From an uncultured Pseudomonadales bacterium (GTDB lineage: Bacteria; Patescibacteriota; Microgenomatia; UBA1400; PJMF01), in NCBI GenBank assembly GCA_964645645.1, contig CAZYBC010000004.1, positions 5,148 through 69,147 on the forward strand: DNA of 64,000 nt, written 5' to 3'. A program made the translations under genes and the position numbers. The notes under the pieces are model-generated. The model made no database searches, was not told where the DNA came from, and was given only the letters and a program-made list of their open reading frames with translations. Positions 18,911 to 29,038 of the stretch are shown in pieces (the first letter of the stretch is position 1; the number at the start of each line of letters is the position of its first letter).

Positions 18911-19286
18911 TTATAGAAAAGTAGGTACTGATTATTTAAGCAATAATACAATTGGATATGCTCACTCAATTATTTTTATAGACGCTCTTATAAAACGAAC
19001 GTCAGAATTATCTGGAAAATCTGAAACAGAGATAAGATATTCATTATATTCTGGGTACTTGAGAGGTGATCACAGTGCACTAAGGGTTTTTAAAGAAACA
19101 TTTGGAGTTAATGCTTTGAGTTATTTATCAATTCTAGATGATTCACATTCATCATGGATGTATATTGAAATAGTTGCAAAAAAATTTGGATTCAAACCTG
19201 ATGAAATAGAACAAATGAAAATAAAAGCACAAGATTATGTCGAAAATAAAAAACCAATTAATATTATGGGAGGAATAATAATATAA
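18882..19286 (+). CDS. Hypothetical protein. The true start is probably internal, because the 5' end overlaps the IS right end.
   Basis: ORF only. Confidence 0.3.
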   Translation: MKARRSLLRRYRKVGTDYLSNNTIGYAHSIIFIDALIKRTSELSGKSETEIRYSLYSGYLRGDHSALRVFKETFGVNALSYLSILDDSHSSWMYIEIVAKKFGFKPDEIEQMKIKAQDYVENKKPINIMGGIII

Positions 19287-19662
19287 AAAGTTTAACCCTT
19301 TTTACAAGTTAAATTTCTCAAAAATTAATCTAGATATCCCATGCAGTCTTGTAATGGGTTCTTGTACAAAAGAGTTAATAAATGGTGATACAAGCGACTG
19401 TGAAGGAGACGTTTATACTACTGAGAGAGGTCAAGATAGATGTATAACAAAAAAGCTAGAAAATTTTGAAGTTACTCAAGATAAACTGATATGGTATGGA
19501 AAAAAACACGATCTTTAGAATAAAAATTTTGGGGTCGGTCACCATACTTAATAAGTAGTAGTTTGATGCAGTCGGTAGAGCGTATTTTAGCAGTGTTTGA
19601 TGATGCGGTGCAGTTTGGGCTGGTATCACTTCGATTGAATGAAATATACAACTTACAACTTA

Positions 19663-21414
19663 CTAGCTATTCTTCGTAAAAAGCACTGGAGTATTTGATT
19701 GCGGGCAAACGCCCTCAATTATGTTTGTTTGAATCACTATGGGCATTGGAAATTCATTTCCCGTTAACAAGGCCTGCCCCCTTTTGAAGGTTGGTAAAAA
19801 TGACAACAACCCTAAAGAACTATCTTGCACCGAATTCTTGATTGCCTCAATATCTCGGTCATTTATTAACCTATGAGCTATGAATGTTCCCATTTGACTT
19901 AATACACCTGCAGGAATATCTGCTGGTCTTTGTGTGCTAAGGCATAAAAAAAGTCCAAATTTTCTAGATTCTTTTGCTAGCTTTGCAAATGCGTCTAGTC
20001 TGTATTCGTTAGAGTATTCATCTTTTACTCGATCACGTTCAAAAATTAGGTGGGCTTCATCTACCATTAACACAACTGGTTTCAATTTAAAATTTTTAAA
20101 TACATCTAACTGCTTCCTCAATCCCTCAAGAAAAAACCTACCGATTGCATTACTAAATATATCCCTAGCATATGCATCAGTCGGAATTTGTGAAACGTCA
20201 AGCAAAAGCAATTTTTCGTTAGAATTATAAAATTCAATAAACTCATTCGCAAACTCTTTTAACTCACTTATCTTCTTAAAACCGAACAAAGTTGAAATAC
20301 CATTCTTAACCCTTAAATTTGATATTCTTCTGACAAGGGATGTGCAATGATCCAGGTGTCCCATATTCTGACCACCCCATAAAGCATAATTTTTTTCACC
20401 TTGTCTTGAACCAAATGCAGCGTCGTATACACACTCATACTCTATCTGCTTCATTAATTTTCCAATATCAAAGTCAGCGTATTCATCTTCGACTTGTTCA
20501 ATATATTGTTCATACAAAGTGTTATATTTTACTTTTTCCAAATTTTCTTTAATTATGTACCCTTCCTTAACAATTTCGGATTCATCTGCAACTTTGGCCA
20601 ACTTAAGACTTCTTATGGCTTGTTGCAAAATTGGTTCTTGAACTTGCCCAGATGGTCTAAAAAGTGCAAATAAATCAGATTCAGTCAACTTCTGATATGG
20701 AAAATTTGTGTCCCCACCTTCTCCAAATTTTAACCTTCGTGTATATGTTTGTTTACCAAATACCTCAAATTCACCATTTGCGTCTATTAATACAATTTTG
20801 GAATTATTTTTTTTAACGAGTTCTTCAATTAATTTTGCTAAGGTATAACTCTTCCCACTACCAGTAGTGCCAACAATTGCACAATGTCTTGATAATAGCG
20901 CGTTTGCAGATACTCTGATTGCTTTAGCTGAATCAGAATCGAGCTTGGCTAGTTCAAGTAGATCTTGAGGCGAATTTTTATCGTTTGTCTTCTTGCCAAA
21001 ATCTTTGATTAATTTTTCTAATAATGTAATTGGACAAGCATAGGCTTTTGCACCTATTTCGGGATATTGCTCTACGCCTGCGCCATTGTTCACTAAACTA
21101 AATGAATCGAAAGATAATTGAAATTCAACGATTGCAACGGGATAAGAATTGCTTTTTTTAATTGCAGAACTGCTTTCATATGAAGAATTTTTATCCTGCA
21201 ATACAACCTTGATAGTTTTCGCTAACAAACCATAACCATGCCCCTCAATCACCACATAATTACCAACGAGTCCACCCTGTAGGATTTCACCATCATAATA
21301 AAATCTATCAAGTAATTTAGGAGATGGGAAACAAACGCTTGCTGTTGTAGGCGTAACAGAAGAAACATATCCAATGAACCGTTCACGATTAAAAGGGGAC
21401 GCCGTCATCTTCAA
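19663..21414 (-). CDS. herA: HerA-like (DUF87) ATPase of a SIR2-HerA anti-phage module
   Basis: Walker A GTTGSGKSYTLAKL, Walker B VVLMVDEAHLIF. About 580 aa. Overlaps the upstream SIR2 gene by 26 nt. Confidence 0.75.
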   Translation of the reverse strand: MKMTASPFNRERFIGYVSSVTPTTASVCFPSPKLLDRFYYDGEILQGGLVGNYVVIEGHGYGLLAKTIKVVLQDKNSSYESSSAIKKSNSYPVAIVEFQLSFDSFSLVNNGAGVEQYPEIGAKAYACPITLLEKLIKDFGKKTNDKNSPQDLLELAKLDSDSAKAIRVSANALLSRHCAIVGTTGSGKSYTLAKLIEELVKKNNSKIVLIDANGEFEVFGKQTYTRRLKFGEGGDTNFPYQKLTESDLFALFRPSGQVQEPILQQAIRSLKLAKVADESEIVKEGYIIKENLEKVKYNTLYEQYIEQVEDEYADFDIGKLMKQIEYECVYDAAFGSRQGEKNYALWGGQNMGHLDHCTSLVRRISNLRVKNGISTLFGFKKISELKEFANEFIEFYNSNEKLLLLDVSQIPTDAYARDIFSNAIGRFFLEGLRKQLDVFKNFKLKPVVLMVDEAHLIFERDRVKDEYSNEYRLDAFAKLAKESRKFGLFLCLSTQRPADIPAGVLSQMGTFIAHRLINDRDIEAIKNSVQDSSLGLLSFLPTFKRGQALLTGNEFPMPIVIQTNIIEGVCPQSNTPVLFTKNS

Positions 21415-22681
21415 TGTCCTCTCTAGCAGGTTCTTTTATTAATATACCTTCATGTCTAGCTTCGAAAGTTTTTTCGGCCTCCTCATCAAAGTTAATTGGA
21501 ATTTCATTAACAAATCTTTGAAAAGTATCAGCAATCAATGTGATGTTATTATTTGTTTGATCACTAATTTTTTTGTTGAACATCGACACAACTTCTTGAG
21601 AAGATTTTTCGTCAGTTATTTTTGGTGATACTATTGCTAATTCGAAATTGAGATTAGACTCCAATGCTTCTAAAACCGCTCGATTGATATGTAGATCACT
21701 AAAACTATAGCCGATAACGAGCAAAACGGTATTTTCCTTTCTTAACGTCTGCTGAAACCTTGACATCATTTCAAAAAATGGCATTTGATAGCTTTGCTCG
21801 AATTTATGATTACTTGGGGGAATTATCATCGGATCATCGCTTGGTGTTTGGAGTCGTATAACTTGCGCTTTGTCTTCTGATCCTTCCCAATCTAAAGAAC
21901 CATGAAGTTTGAATAGTTGAAACACTTTTTCCTCATAATTTTCCTGGTCGTGAATTCTGTGATGTTCTCGTTTGACAATATCTAAGTCGAAATTTGAACC
22001 ATGAAAGACGGGTTTTCTAGTAAATGAAAACCCATCAACAATTGTGGCATTAATCATTTCACCTGCTTGCTCAAATAAAGTATCGTAATTCAATGTATAT
22101 AGCTGTAATCTACGTTTGTTTGAACTGCGAGCAGATATGACACTTTTTAAAAATTTCTTATGTGGTGAATTATCATGTAAAAATAAATTGCATTCACTTT
22201 TAATCGTTTTTATTATTGATTGCTTGACTTCGATGCATAATGATACATTTTCTTTTGTTTCTTGTCGTATATCGTATTCATTAGCTGTAGAATACATCTC
22301 AAGTTTGCTAATGAATCGCTCAAGCTGAAAATTATCTTCTTTTTCATTTAACAAATTTTGAAGAGCAGACACCTTCTTTTCATCAATATTTTTTTTGCAT
22401 TCAACCCAAATTTGCCCAACAGTTTTACCAGTATATTTGGTAGATGTTGTATCTAGGCTCTTGCCTTTTTTATCTAAAGTGATGGATGTGCCAGCTCCAG
22501 TTAATACCACAAAGTTGTCAGCCAACAGCCACTCTTTTAATTTTTGAGATATTTCTTGATATGCTAATTTTATACTCGACTCATCAATATAAGTAGAAAC
22601 ACCATCTGTTAATTTTACTTGGGCTTTTGAATTAGCTTTAATGCCAGTACTTGATTTGATCAGAGATAGAGTATCTCCCAT
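21389..22681 (-). CDS. SIR2-domain protein (NAD+-consuming effector of the SIR2-HerA defense system)
   Basis: Sirtuin-fold motifs VVLTGAGTSI (GAGxS), YTLNYDTLFE (TxNxD) and FKLHGSLDW (catalytic His-Gly). Paired with herA. Confidence 0.7.
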   Translation of the reverse strand: MGDTLSLIKSSTGIKANSKAQVKLTDGVSTYIDESSIKLAYQEISQKLKEWLLADNFVVLTGAGTSITLDKKGKSLDTTSTKYTGKTVGQIWVECKKNIDEKKVSALQNLLNEKEDNFQLERFISKLEMYSTANEYDIRQETKENVSLCIEVKQSIIKTIKSECNLFLHDNSPHKKFLKSVISARSSNKRRLQLYTLNYDTLFEQAGEMINATIVDGFSFTRKPVFHGSNFDLDIVKREHHRIHDQENYEEKVFQLFKLHGSLDWEGSEDKAQVIRLQTPSDDPMIIPPSNHKFEQSYQMPFFEMMSRFQQTLRKENTVLLVIGYSFSDLHINRAVLEALESNLNFELAIVSPKITDEKSSQEVVSMFNKKISDQTNNNITLIADTFQRFVNEIPINFDEEAEKTFEARHEGILIKEPAREDIEDDGVPF

Positions 22682-22713
22682 ATATTCCTCACTATCATTT
22701 GTTAACTATTTAT

Positions 22714-24165
22714 TTAACTCGCTTTCACCAACGATGCCTCCAATTCCTCGAATTGCTCTAAGGCATTACGAAGGTTTTCGGTAATTTCAGCAAGTAATAT
22801 CTCTGGCTCAGGTAGGTTTTCTAAATCTTCAAGCGATTCATCTTTAAGCCAAAAAATGTCCAAGCTCGTATTGTCACGCTTTATCAATTCGTCGTAAGAA
22901 AACATTTTGAAACGGTTGGTTTCAGAGCGTTCATGGCGATTGGTGGGGTTGTAGCAAGCAATGAAGTCCTCAAGGTCTTTTAAGGTCATCATATTTTGTT
23001 TTAAGGTGAAGTGTTTATTGGTTCTAAGATCGTAAAACCAAACCTCTTTTGTCCAAGGGTTTTCACTAGCTGGCTTTTTATCAAAAAAGATCACATTAGC
23101 CTTGACTCCATTGGCGTAAAAAATCCCAGTCGGTAATCGTAGGATGGTATGGACATCATAGTCATGCAGTAGCTTCTTGCGTATCGTTTCACCCGCGCCT
23201 GCTTCAAATAGTACATTGTCAGGAACTACCACCGCAGCACGACCACCAATTTTTAGTAGTGTTTTGATGTGTTGTAAAAAGTTTAATTGTTTGTTGGAAG
23301 TAGTCGCCCAAAAGTCTTCTCGCTCATAGGTTTGTTGTTCAGATTCAACCTCTCCAGCGGTATTGGTAATTTTAATACTGCTTTTTCGCCCGAAAGGTGG
23401 ATTAGTTAATACCAAGTCGAATCTATCGCCAGGGTCAGAAATAAGGCTATCTCCTACAGTTACAGGGCTGTTTTCACCGCCTATGCCATGCAAGAACAAG
23501 TTCATAGCACACAGTCTGGCGGTATTATCGACAATATCCCAGCCTTTAAAGGTGTTATTTCGTACAAACATCTGTTGGTCGATATCAAGCTTATGGTGTT
23601 CGTTTAGGTATTCATTAGTTGCTAGGAAAAATCCACCGGTACCACAAGCCGGATCGCACACCGTTTGGCCTGGTTCTGGTCGCATAACCTCCACCATAGC
23701 TCGAATTAAAGCTCTAGGGGTAAAGTATTGCCCAGCTCCGCTTTTGGTATCTTGGGCATTTCGTTCAAGCAAACCTTCGTAGATTTCACCTTTAACGTCT
23801 ACATCTAAGCCCATCCAAGTTTCACCATCGATCAAACTAACCAATCTTTTTAGTTTTGCAGGGTCTTGAATACGGTTTTGTGATTTACGGAAAATTAGGC
23901 CAAGTAAACCGCCTTCTTTTGAAAGCTCAAGCAAAATATGGCGATATTGTGCTTCAAGGTCAGTACCGTTGAGTTTAATTAAACTAGCCCAATCTAAACC
24001 TTCTGGGATTATTGAGGCTCTTTTGGTTAGCTTTGTTTGTTCATCAGCCATTTTGAGGAATAGAAGATAGGTAAGCTGTTCGACGTAATCGCCATAGCTT
24101 ACTCCGTCATCCAACAAAACAGTGCAAAATCCCCAAACTTTATTTACGATATTTGATTTTGTCAT
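22714..24165 (-). CDS. hsdM: Type I restriction-modification N6-adenine DNA methyltransferase HsdM
   Basis: Motif I VCDPACGTGGFF, motif IV LTNPPFG, HsdM N-terminal domain. Confidence 0.9.
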   Translation of the reverse strand: MTKSNIVNKVWGFCTVLLDDGVSYGDYVEQLTYLLFLKMADEQTKLTKRASIIPEGLDWASLIKLNGTDLEAQYRHILLELSKEGGLLGLIFRKSQNRIQDPAKLKRLVSLIDGETWMGLDVDVKGEIYEGLLERNAQDTKSGAGQYFTPRALIRAMVEVMRPEPGQTVCDPACGTGGFFLATNEYLNEHHKLDIDQQMFVRNNTFKGWDIVDNTARLCAMNLFLHGIGGENSPVTVGDSLISDPGDRFDLVLTNPPFGRKSSIKITNTAGEVESEQQTYEREDFWATTSNKQLNFLQHIKTLLKIGGRAAVVVPDNVLFEAGAGETIRKKLLHDYDVHTILRLPTGIFYANGVKANVIFFDKKPASENPWTKEVWFYDLRTNKHFTLKQNMMTLKDLEDFIACYNPTNRHERSETNRFKMFSYDELIKRDNTSLDIFWLKDESLEDLENLPEPEILLAEITENLRNALEQFEELEASLVKAS

Positions 24166-25307
24166 ACTAATTTCCCTTCAAAAGCTTGTTTTAAAATTGA
24201 TTGCTTAAGTTGATTGGTTTTTATTTTTGTCATTTGTAATAAGTTATTCAAATACGCTACTTTCGAAGATATTTCTTCATATTCTAAGTATGCCTGTTCA
24301 ACTGTTTTTCTTTCTGGTACCGGCACACATATTCTTGCAAGAGTTGATTGACTAATAGTGTTTTGCCCGGCCGATGACACCTTGTTTAGCTGAACAAACT
24401 TTCTCATCTTCGAAGTATTCATATACATCTGTACCCACTCAGCTAGATAAGGTTGTTTTAATCGAAATCGAATAAAATGATCACAGAATGCAATATCACC
24501 ATCTAGCCTATTACATAAAATCATTCGTCCAACAAAATTAGTACTCCCGTTAACACGGATGCACAATAAATCGTTTTCAGATAATTTATATTTTTCAATT
24601 TCGTTTTGATCTAATAAAATTGATCTTGTTTTTGTTAAATCTAATTTTTGGTCACTAATATCTGCCAACCTAACAACAACAGTATTTATTCCTGTTGTCC
24701 CAGAACGTTTGCTAATACCATTTTGAGATAGTTCAAATAATTCAGGAAATGTAATCAAATTTGAACTTGGTTGAACATTGTTAAACAATCTTTCAAGCCA
24801 TGAAGCTCTATATGTTTCTGTTTCTATAATTAATTTTTTTATTTCACCTATATTTACATCAATCACTGAAAACAGCTCTTCAATTTTATCGACGATTTTT
24901 TGTTGGTCATCTATTGGAGGGAGTGGAATTTGTAAGGGTGACAAATTAGTCCGAGTAATTTGCGGCTGTGCTGAACCTGAAATTACTTTTGAAAAATCAG
25001 AGCCTATCAAAGCGTATTTTAAAAACAACTTATTAAGGTTATCAGTTTTTGGTTTTGCAACCATTGAATTACCTGTAATCCACGAAAACGCTTCACTAAA
25101 ATTTATCGTTCCACAAGTTGCCCCACGACAAGTAATACAAACCTGTTCATCTTCATGATTGTATTGGTCATAATATCCTATGACGCCATTAGCGCCATAA
25201 ACCTTATATTTCCCATATTTTAAAATTTGCTTTGATGTAATAGTTTTGGGTTGGTATAAATCACACACATCCCCCAAACTTACTTTTTTATAAATACTAT
25301 TTGTCAT
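24162..25307 (-). CDS. hsdS: Type I R-M specificity subunit HsdS (two target-recognition domains)
   Basis: 381 aa with a two-TRD architecture and conserved central and C-terminal helical repeats. 4-nt overlaps with hsdM and hsdR. Confidence 0.8.
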   Translation of the reverse strand: MTNSIYKKVSLGDVCDLYQPKTITSKQILKYGKYKVYGANGVIGYYDQYNHEDEQVCITCRGATCGTINFSEAFSWITGNSMVAKPKTDNLNKLFLKYALIGSDFSKVISGSAQPQITRTNLSPLQIPLPPIDDQQKIVDKIEELFSVIDVNIGEIKKLIIETETYRASWLERLFNNVQPSSNLITFPELFELSQNGISKRSGTTGINTVVVRLADISDQKLDLTKTRSILLDQNEIEKYKLSENDLLCIRVNGSTNFVGRMILCNRLDGDIAFCDHFIRFRLKQPYLAEWVQMYMNTSKMRKFVQLNKVSSAGQNTISQSTLARICVPVPERKTVEQAYLEYEEISSKVAYLNNLLQMTKIKTNQLKQSILKQAFEGKLV

Positions 25308-28012
25308 ATCACTAAATAACTATTCAATTCATTTGTAATCTGCTCTAGTTGCCCGCCAAACACCTCATGAGCCTTAAAGATACCACCCCTATCTCTGAAT
25401 GGAGGTAACTCAAAACTAGTGATTTCTCCATTAAGCTGAATTGAGCCATTGATTGCCACAAAGTCTTTAATCATTTTAAGCCAAAAAAGTTGATCGTCAG
25501 AAAATTGCATACCTTTGGCATGAGTATCATCCAGCCATTTTTGGAATCGCTCTTCAACTGTAGTGGGGAATGGTTCGAGGTCTTGGGATTTATCTACCGC
25601 AAATCGGACTAAGGAAACAATGTTAGTTAACACTCGATCTGGCCTGGCATTTCTGACCTTTGATTTATACAGCTCTCGATATGCATTCCATAGCTGATCA
25701 TTGGTGAATCTGACATTGGCATGAAGCAACCTATCTCGAAGTTCCTTAATTTCTTGGAAGGTCAAAGCCTGTTTTTTGTACGGCTTGTTAAAGATAATTT
25801 GCAAGGCAGTAATTTCATCTTGATTTTGTTTGATGTACTCCTCAAAACTTTGGACTAATTCTTGTGGGGCGATTGGTTCGGGCTTCGGAACGTCAATCGG
25901 ATTGTCTGGGGATAGGTCAATCACTATTTCATTGCGTTGTTTAATATCGAGCATTAACTGTCTAAAGTCGGGATTATCGAAATAATTTAGAGCCTCTTGT
26001 TTCTGTTGTTGCTTTTGCTCATCAGTGCCAGCTTTGTCAGGGTCGATCACATCTAAAAGTTCGTGAGCCACTTGTTTTAAGGTAACTCCATTATTGGCTT
26101 GTTGTAGTTCGTCTTTATCGGAATCAGATAATGATTGTTCAAATTTGGAAATACGACCAGCCAGAGAGGCAATCCCATCATCATCAATGGTTCTTAGGGC
26201 TGCACTTTCAAGCAAGGATTTGAATGACACAAATGGTTGACGCTCAAGAGTACGAGAATCAGTTTTTACGCTTTCAGTTACCCCAACAGCATCAAAAATT
26301 ACAAATCTGTTTTTGTAATCTGCATCAGGTGTGACAGCTTTAAGGTCATCCTCGCCAATGGTACGAGTCCCTCGACCCTTCATCTGCTCAAAATAAACTC
26401 GGGATTTGACATCACGCATAAAGATCAAGCACTCAAGGGGTTTGATGTCGGTACCAGTCGAAATCATATCAACCGTAACGGCTATACGTGGGAAATATGA
26501 ATTGCGGAAACTTTGAATTAAATCTTCGACGTTTTCGCCTGTTCGGTAGGTAATCTTTTTTGCAAACTGATTTCATTTACCAAATACTTCACGCACGATA
26601 TGAACAATCTCCTCTGCATGGTTATCATCTTTGGCAAAAATCAAAGTTTTGGGAACAGTTTCACGATCAGGGAAAATATCAGGCAACCAGTTTTTGAATA
26701 CTCGTATAACAGTTCTAATCTGATCGGGGGCAACTACACTTCGATCAAGCTGACTAGCTTCATAGGTTAAATCTTCATCTAATTGCTCCCATCTAAGTTT
26801 TCTAGTTTGACGATCACGAACATCAACAAAAGTGCCTTGATTGATGGTATTACCTTGCTCACCAATTTGAGTTTTGATGCGGTATACGTCGTAACCAACG
26901 TTAATTCCATCAGCTACAGCACGTTCATGAGAATACTCCATGATGAGATTGCTATTGAAAAAGCCTACCGTATGTTTTGATGGCGTGGCAGTTAATCCTA
27001 TTAGAGTAGCGTCAAAATACTCAAGGACTTGTCGCCAAAGGTTATAAATAGAGCGATGGCATTCGTCGGTTACAATAAAGTCAAAGGTTTCGATAGGTAG
27101 TTTAGGATTGTATTCAACTGGTGCATTATCTTCGTAACTAAAAGCAGGTGGATTATCAAATTGTGAACCTTCTTCCAATGTTTCATCAAAATCTTGATTT
27201 CCTGAAAGAATTGAGTACATGCGTTGGATGGTGCCAATGCAAACTTTACTAACCGGATCAATGCTGGGGCTTTTAAGATGCTGAACGTTGTATAGCTCGG
27301 TAAACTTGCGGCCATCATCGGGAACGGTAAACTTTTGGAATTCTTTGAGTGTTTGTCTGCCCAAGTTGCCACGATCGACTAAAAATAAAATACGTTTGGC
27401 TTTGCCATATTTAAGCAATCGGTAAATAAACGAAGTAGCAGTAAAAGTTTTACCACTACCTGTGGCCATTTGAAGTAAAGCTCGGGGATCGTCTTTGGCC
27501 AATGATTTTTCAAGATTGGTGATAGCCTCAATCTGACAATCACGAAGGCCAACCACGTTTAATTCTGGGAATTTTTGCAAACGACCTCTGAGGGTTGAGT
27601 CATCTTGCACCCATTCAAGTAATGTTTCTGGTTTATGGAAGGCGAACAAGCGTCTGGATCTAGGTTGTGGATCACGTTCATTTCGAAAAAAAGTTTCTGT
27701 TCCAGTACTTTCGTAAGCAAATGGTAGGTTTTCATCCACCTTGGGTAAATTTGGATCGGTACTGGTAATGTACTTGCCAGATTGTTCGGCAACACCGCTA
27801 AGGGTAGTGCCTGCCGCTTTGGCTTCGACTACACCCACTGCTTTTCGATCAACAAAAAGCATGTAATCGGCTGGTCCTTTTTGGGTTGGAAATTCTCTTA
27901 CAGCAACACCTAATTTTGCTCCTAGATTTAATCTGGAGCGATCTTGAATATCCCATCCTGCCTGGATGAGTAATTTATCGATATCTTGTCGTGCTATTTC
28001 TTCTGGTGTCAT
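25304..28012 (-). pseudogene. hsdR: Type I restriction endonuclease HsdR, interrupted by a single in-frame TGA at 26573-26575
   Basis: N-terminal part 26573-28012 has QMATGSGKTFTA and DECHR. C-terminal part 25304-26572 continues in the same frame straight after the TGA (...REVFGK*NQFAKKITYRTGENVEDL...RIAVTVDMISTGTDIKP...QMKGRGTR) with no other stop or frameshift. Confidence 0.8.
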
Positions 28013-28183
28013 ACATATAGTTTCCTGAAAACTGAAGTACTGACAATTATAGCTCTTAGCCTGGGATAATAAAAGAATACAAGTTTACCTCTAAAAAATA
28101 CCTTTTTTGGGGTGGAGTAAGAGAGGTTGTTAGAAATTTAATTCCTCAGCTCAATCCCTATTTTCTCACACTAACAAGCTTTT

Positions 28184-28226
28184 GAAAAAAAAATAGCTGC
28201 AAAAAGTTGGTCAGACTTTTTGCAGC
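28184..28226 (-). terminator. Rho-independent terminator (GCTGCAAAAAGT-loop-ACTTTTTGCAGC, then T-run on the minus strand)
   Basis: 12-bp perfect stem read directly, followed on the minus strand by TATTTTTTTTT. It lies downstream of 28248-28625. Confidence 0.65.
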
Positions 28227-28247
28227 TTGAAGTGATCTGATACCGCG

Positions 28248-28625
28248 CTACTGTTTTTTACGCCAGTTGCGATACCAGATCATAAATGGCAAACCAATTA
28301 ATAAGGCAGCCCCGCCAGCGAAGTAAAAAATCCAGTGGAAACTGAGTCCCATCTCGATTCCTCCTAAGCCAGCGATTAGAATCAACACAAACCACAACCT
28401 AAATTGCAGGTCTTGATCGTGTTTAACTCTAGCGTCAACTGCTTTTGCTCCCTTCATGCTCAAAGCAAACCACCCACGAATTAACAACCCAACTACGATA
28501 CCTCCCACTGCTGACCGAGCAAAGGGAAAGCTACCACCGTATGGAGTCATTAAAAAAATGAGCGCCGCAAGAGCAGAGAGAACTGAGAAAACGTTCACCT
28601 CCTGCTTTGGTGTCATTTCTAACAC
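28248..28625 (-). CDS. Hypothetical small membrane protein
   Basis: Four hydrophobic segments. Local GC looks higher than the flanking chromosome. Confidence 0.45.
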   Translation of the reverse strand: MLEMTPKQEVNVFSVLSALAALIFLMTPYGGSFPFARSAVGGIVVGLLIRGWFALSMKGAKAVDARVKHDQDLQFRLWFVLILIAGLGGIEMGLSFHWIFYFAGGAALLIGLPFMIWYRNWRKKQ

Positions 28626-28728
28626 CTCCTTAGTTGCCGTAAGATTTGCTTTGCGCTAACGCATCGCCACAGCAACTAATAATTATTATATCAAGTAAAA
28701 GCTTAAAAGTAAATATTATAGGATATTG

Positions 28729-28805
28729 GGGTGGCTGACGAGACTTGAACTCGCGACCTCCGCTTTCACAGAGCGGCGCTCTAAACCAACTGAGCTACAA
28801 CCACC
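28729..28805 (-). tRNA. tRNA-His (anticodon GTG)
   Basis: Reverse complement GGTGGTTGTAGCTCAGTTGGTTTAGAGCGCCGCTCTGTGAAAGCGGAGGTCGCGAGTTCAAGTCTCGTCAGCCACCC. 8-bp acceptor stem with an encoded G-1, D-arm, CT-GTG-AA anticodon loop, TTCAAGT T-loop. Confidence 0.8.
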
Positions 28806-28881
28806 ATATAAATGTTAACTGATTAATTTCAGCTAACTTTATTTTTAAAAAAGTCTAAAAGATTTTTCTAAGACTTTTCTG

Positions 28882-28955
28882 TACGCCAAGTAGGACTCGA
28901 ACCTGCGACCTACTGCTTAGAAGGCAGTCGCTCTATCCAGCTGAGCTATTGGCGC
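28882..28955 (-). tRNA. tRNA-Arg (anticodon TCT)
   Basis: Reverse complement GCGCCAATAGCTCAGCTGGATAGAGCGACTGCCTTCTAAGCAGT...TTCGAGTCC...TTGGCGTA. Cloverleaf with a CT-TCT-AA anticodon loop. There is one T-stem mismatch and a G1:U72 pair. Confidence 0.7.
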
Positions 28956-29038
28956 GTGTTTAGGTTAAATAACTAAAAAGCATTTAACCTGCATATTTTC
29001 TCAGAAAAACGTGTTTTTTTCTACTGTTAAATAAAAAC

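Noticed and set aside
19560-19600. tRNA-like D-arm fragment (gcagtcggtagagcg)
   Set aside because: It is only a 15-nt match to a generic tRNA D-arm with no cloverleaf around it. It may be a remnant, but it cannot be called a gene.
26573-26575. UGA recoding (genetic code 25, UGA=Gly) explaining the in-frame TGA in hsdR
   Set aside because: TGA functions as a genuine stop in other genes here, for example 2704-3447 and 3444-5450, where the stop overlaps the next start. Only this one gene has an internal TGA.
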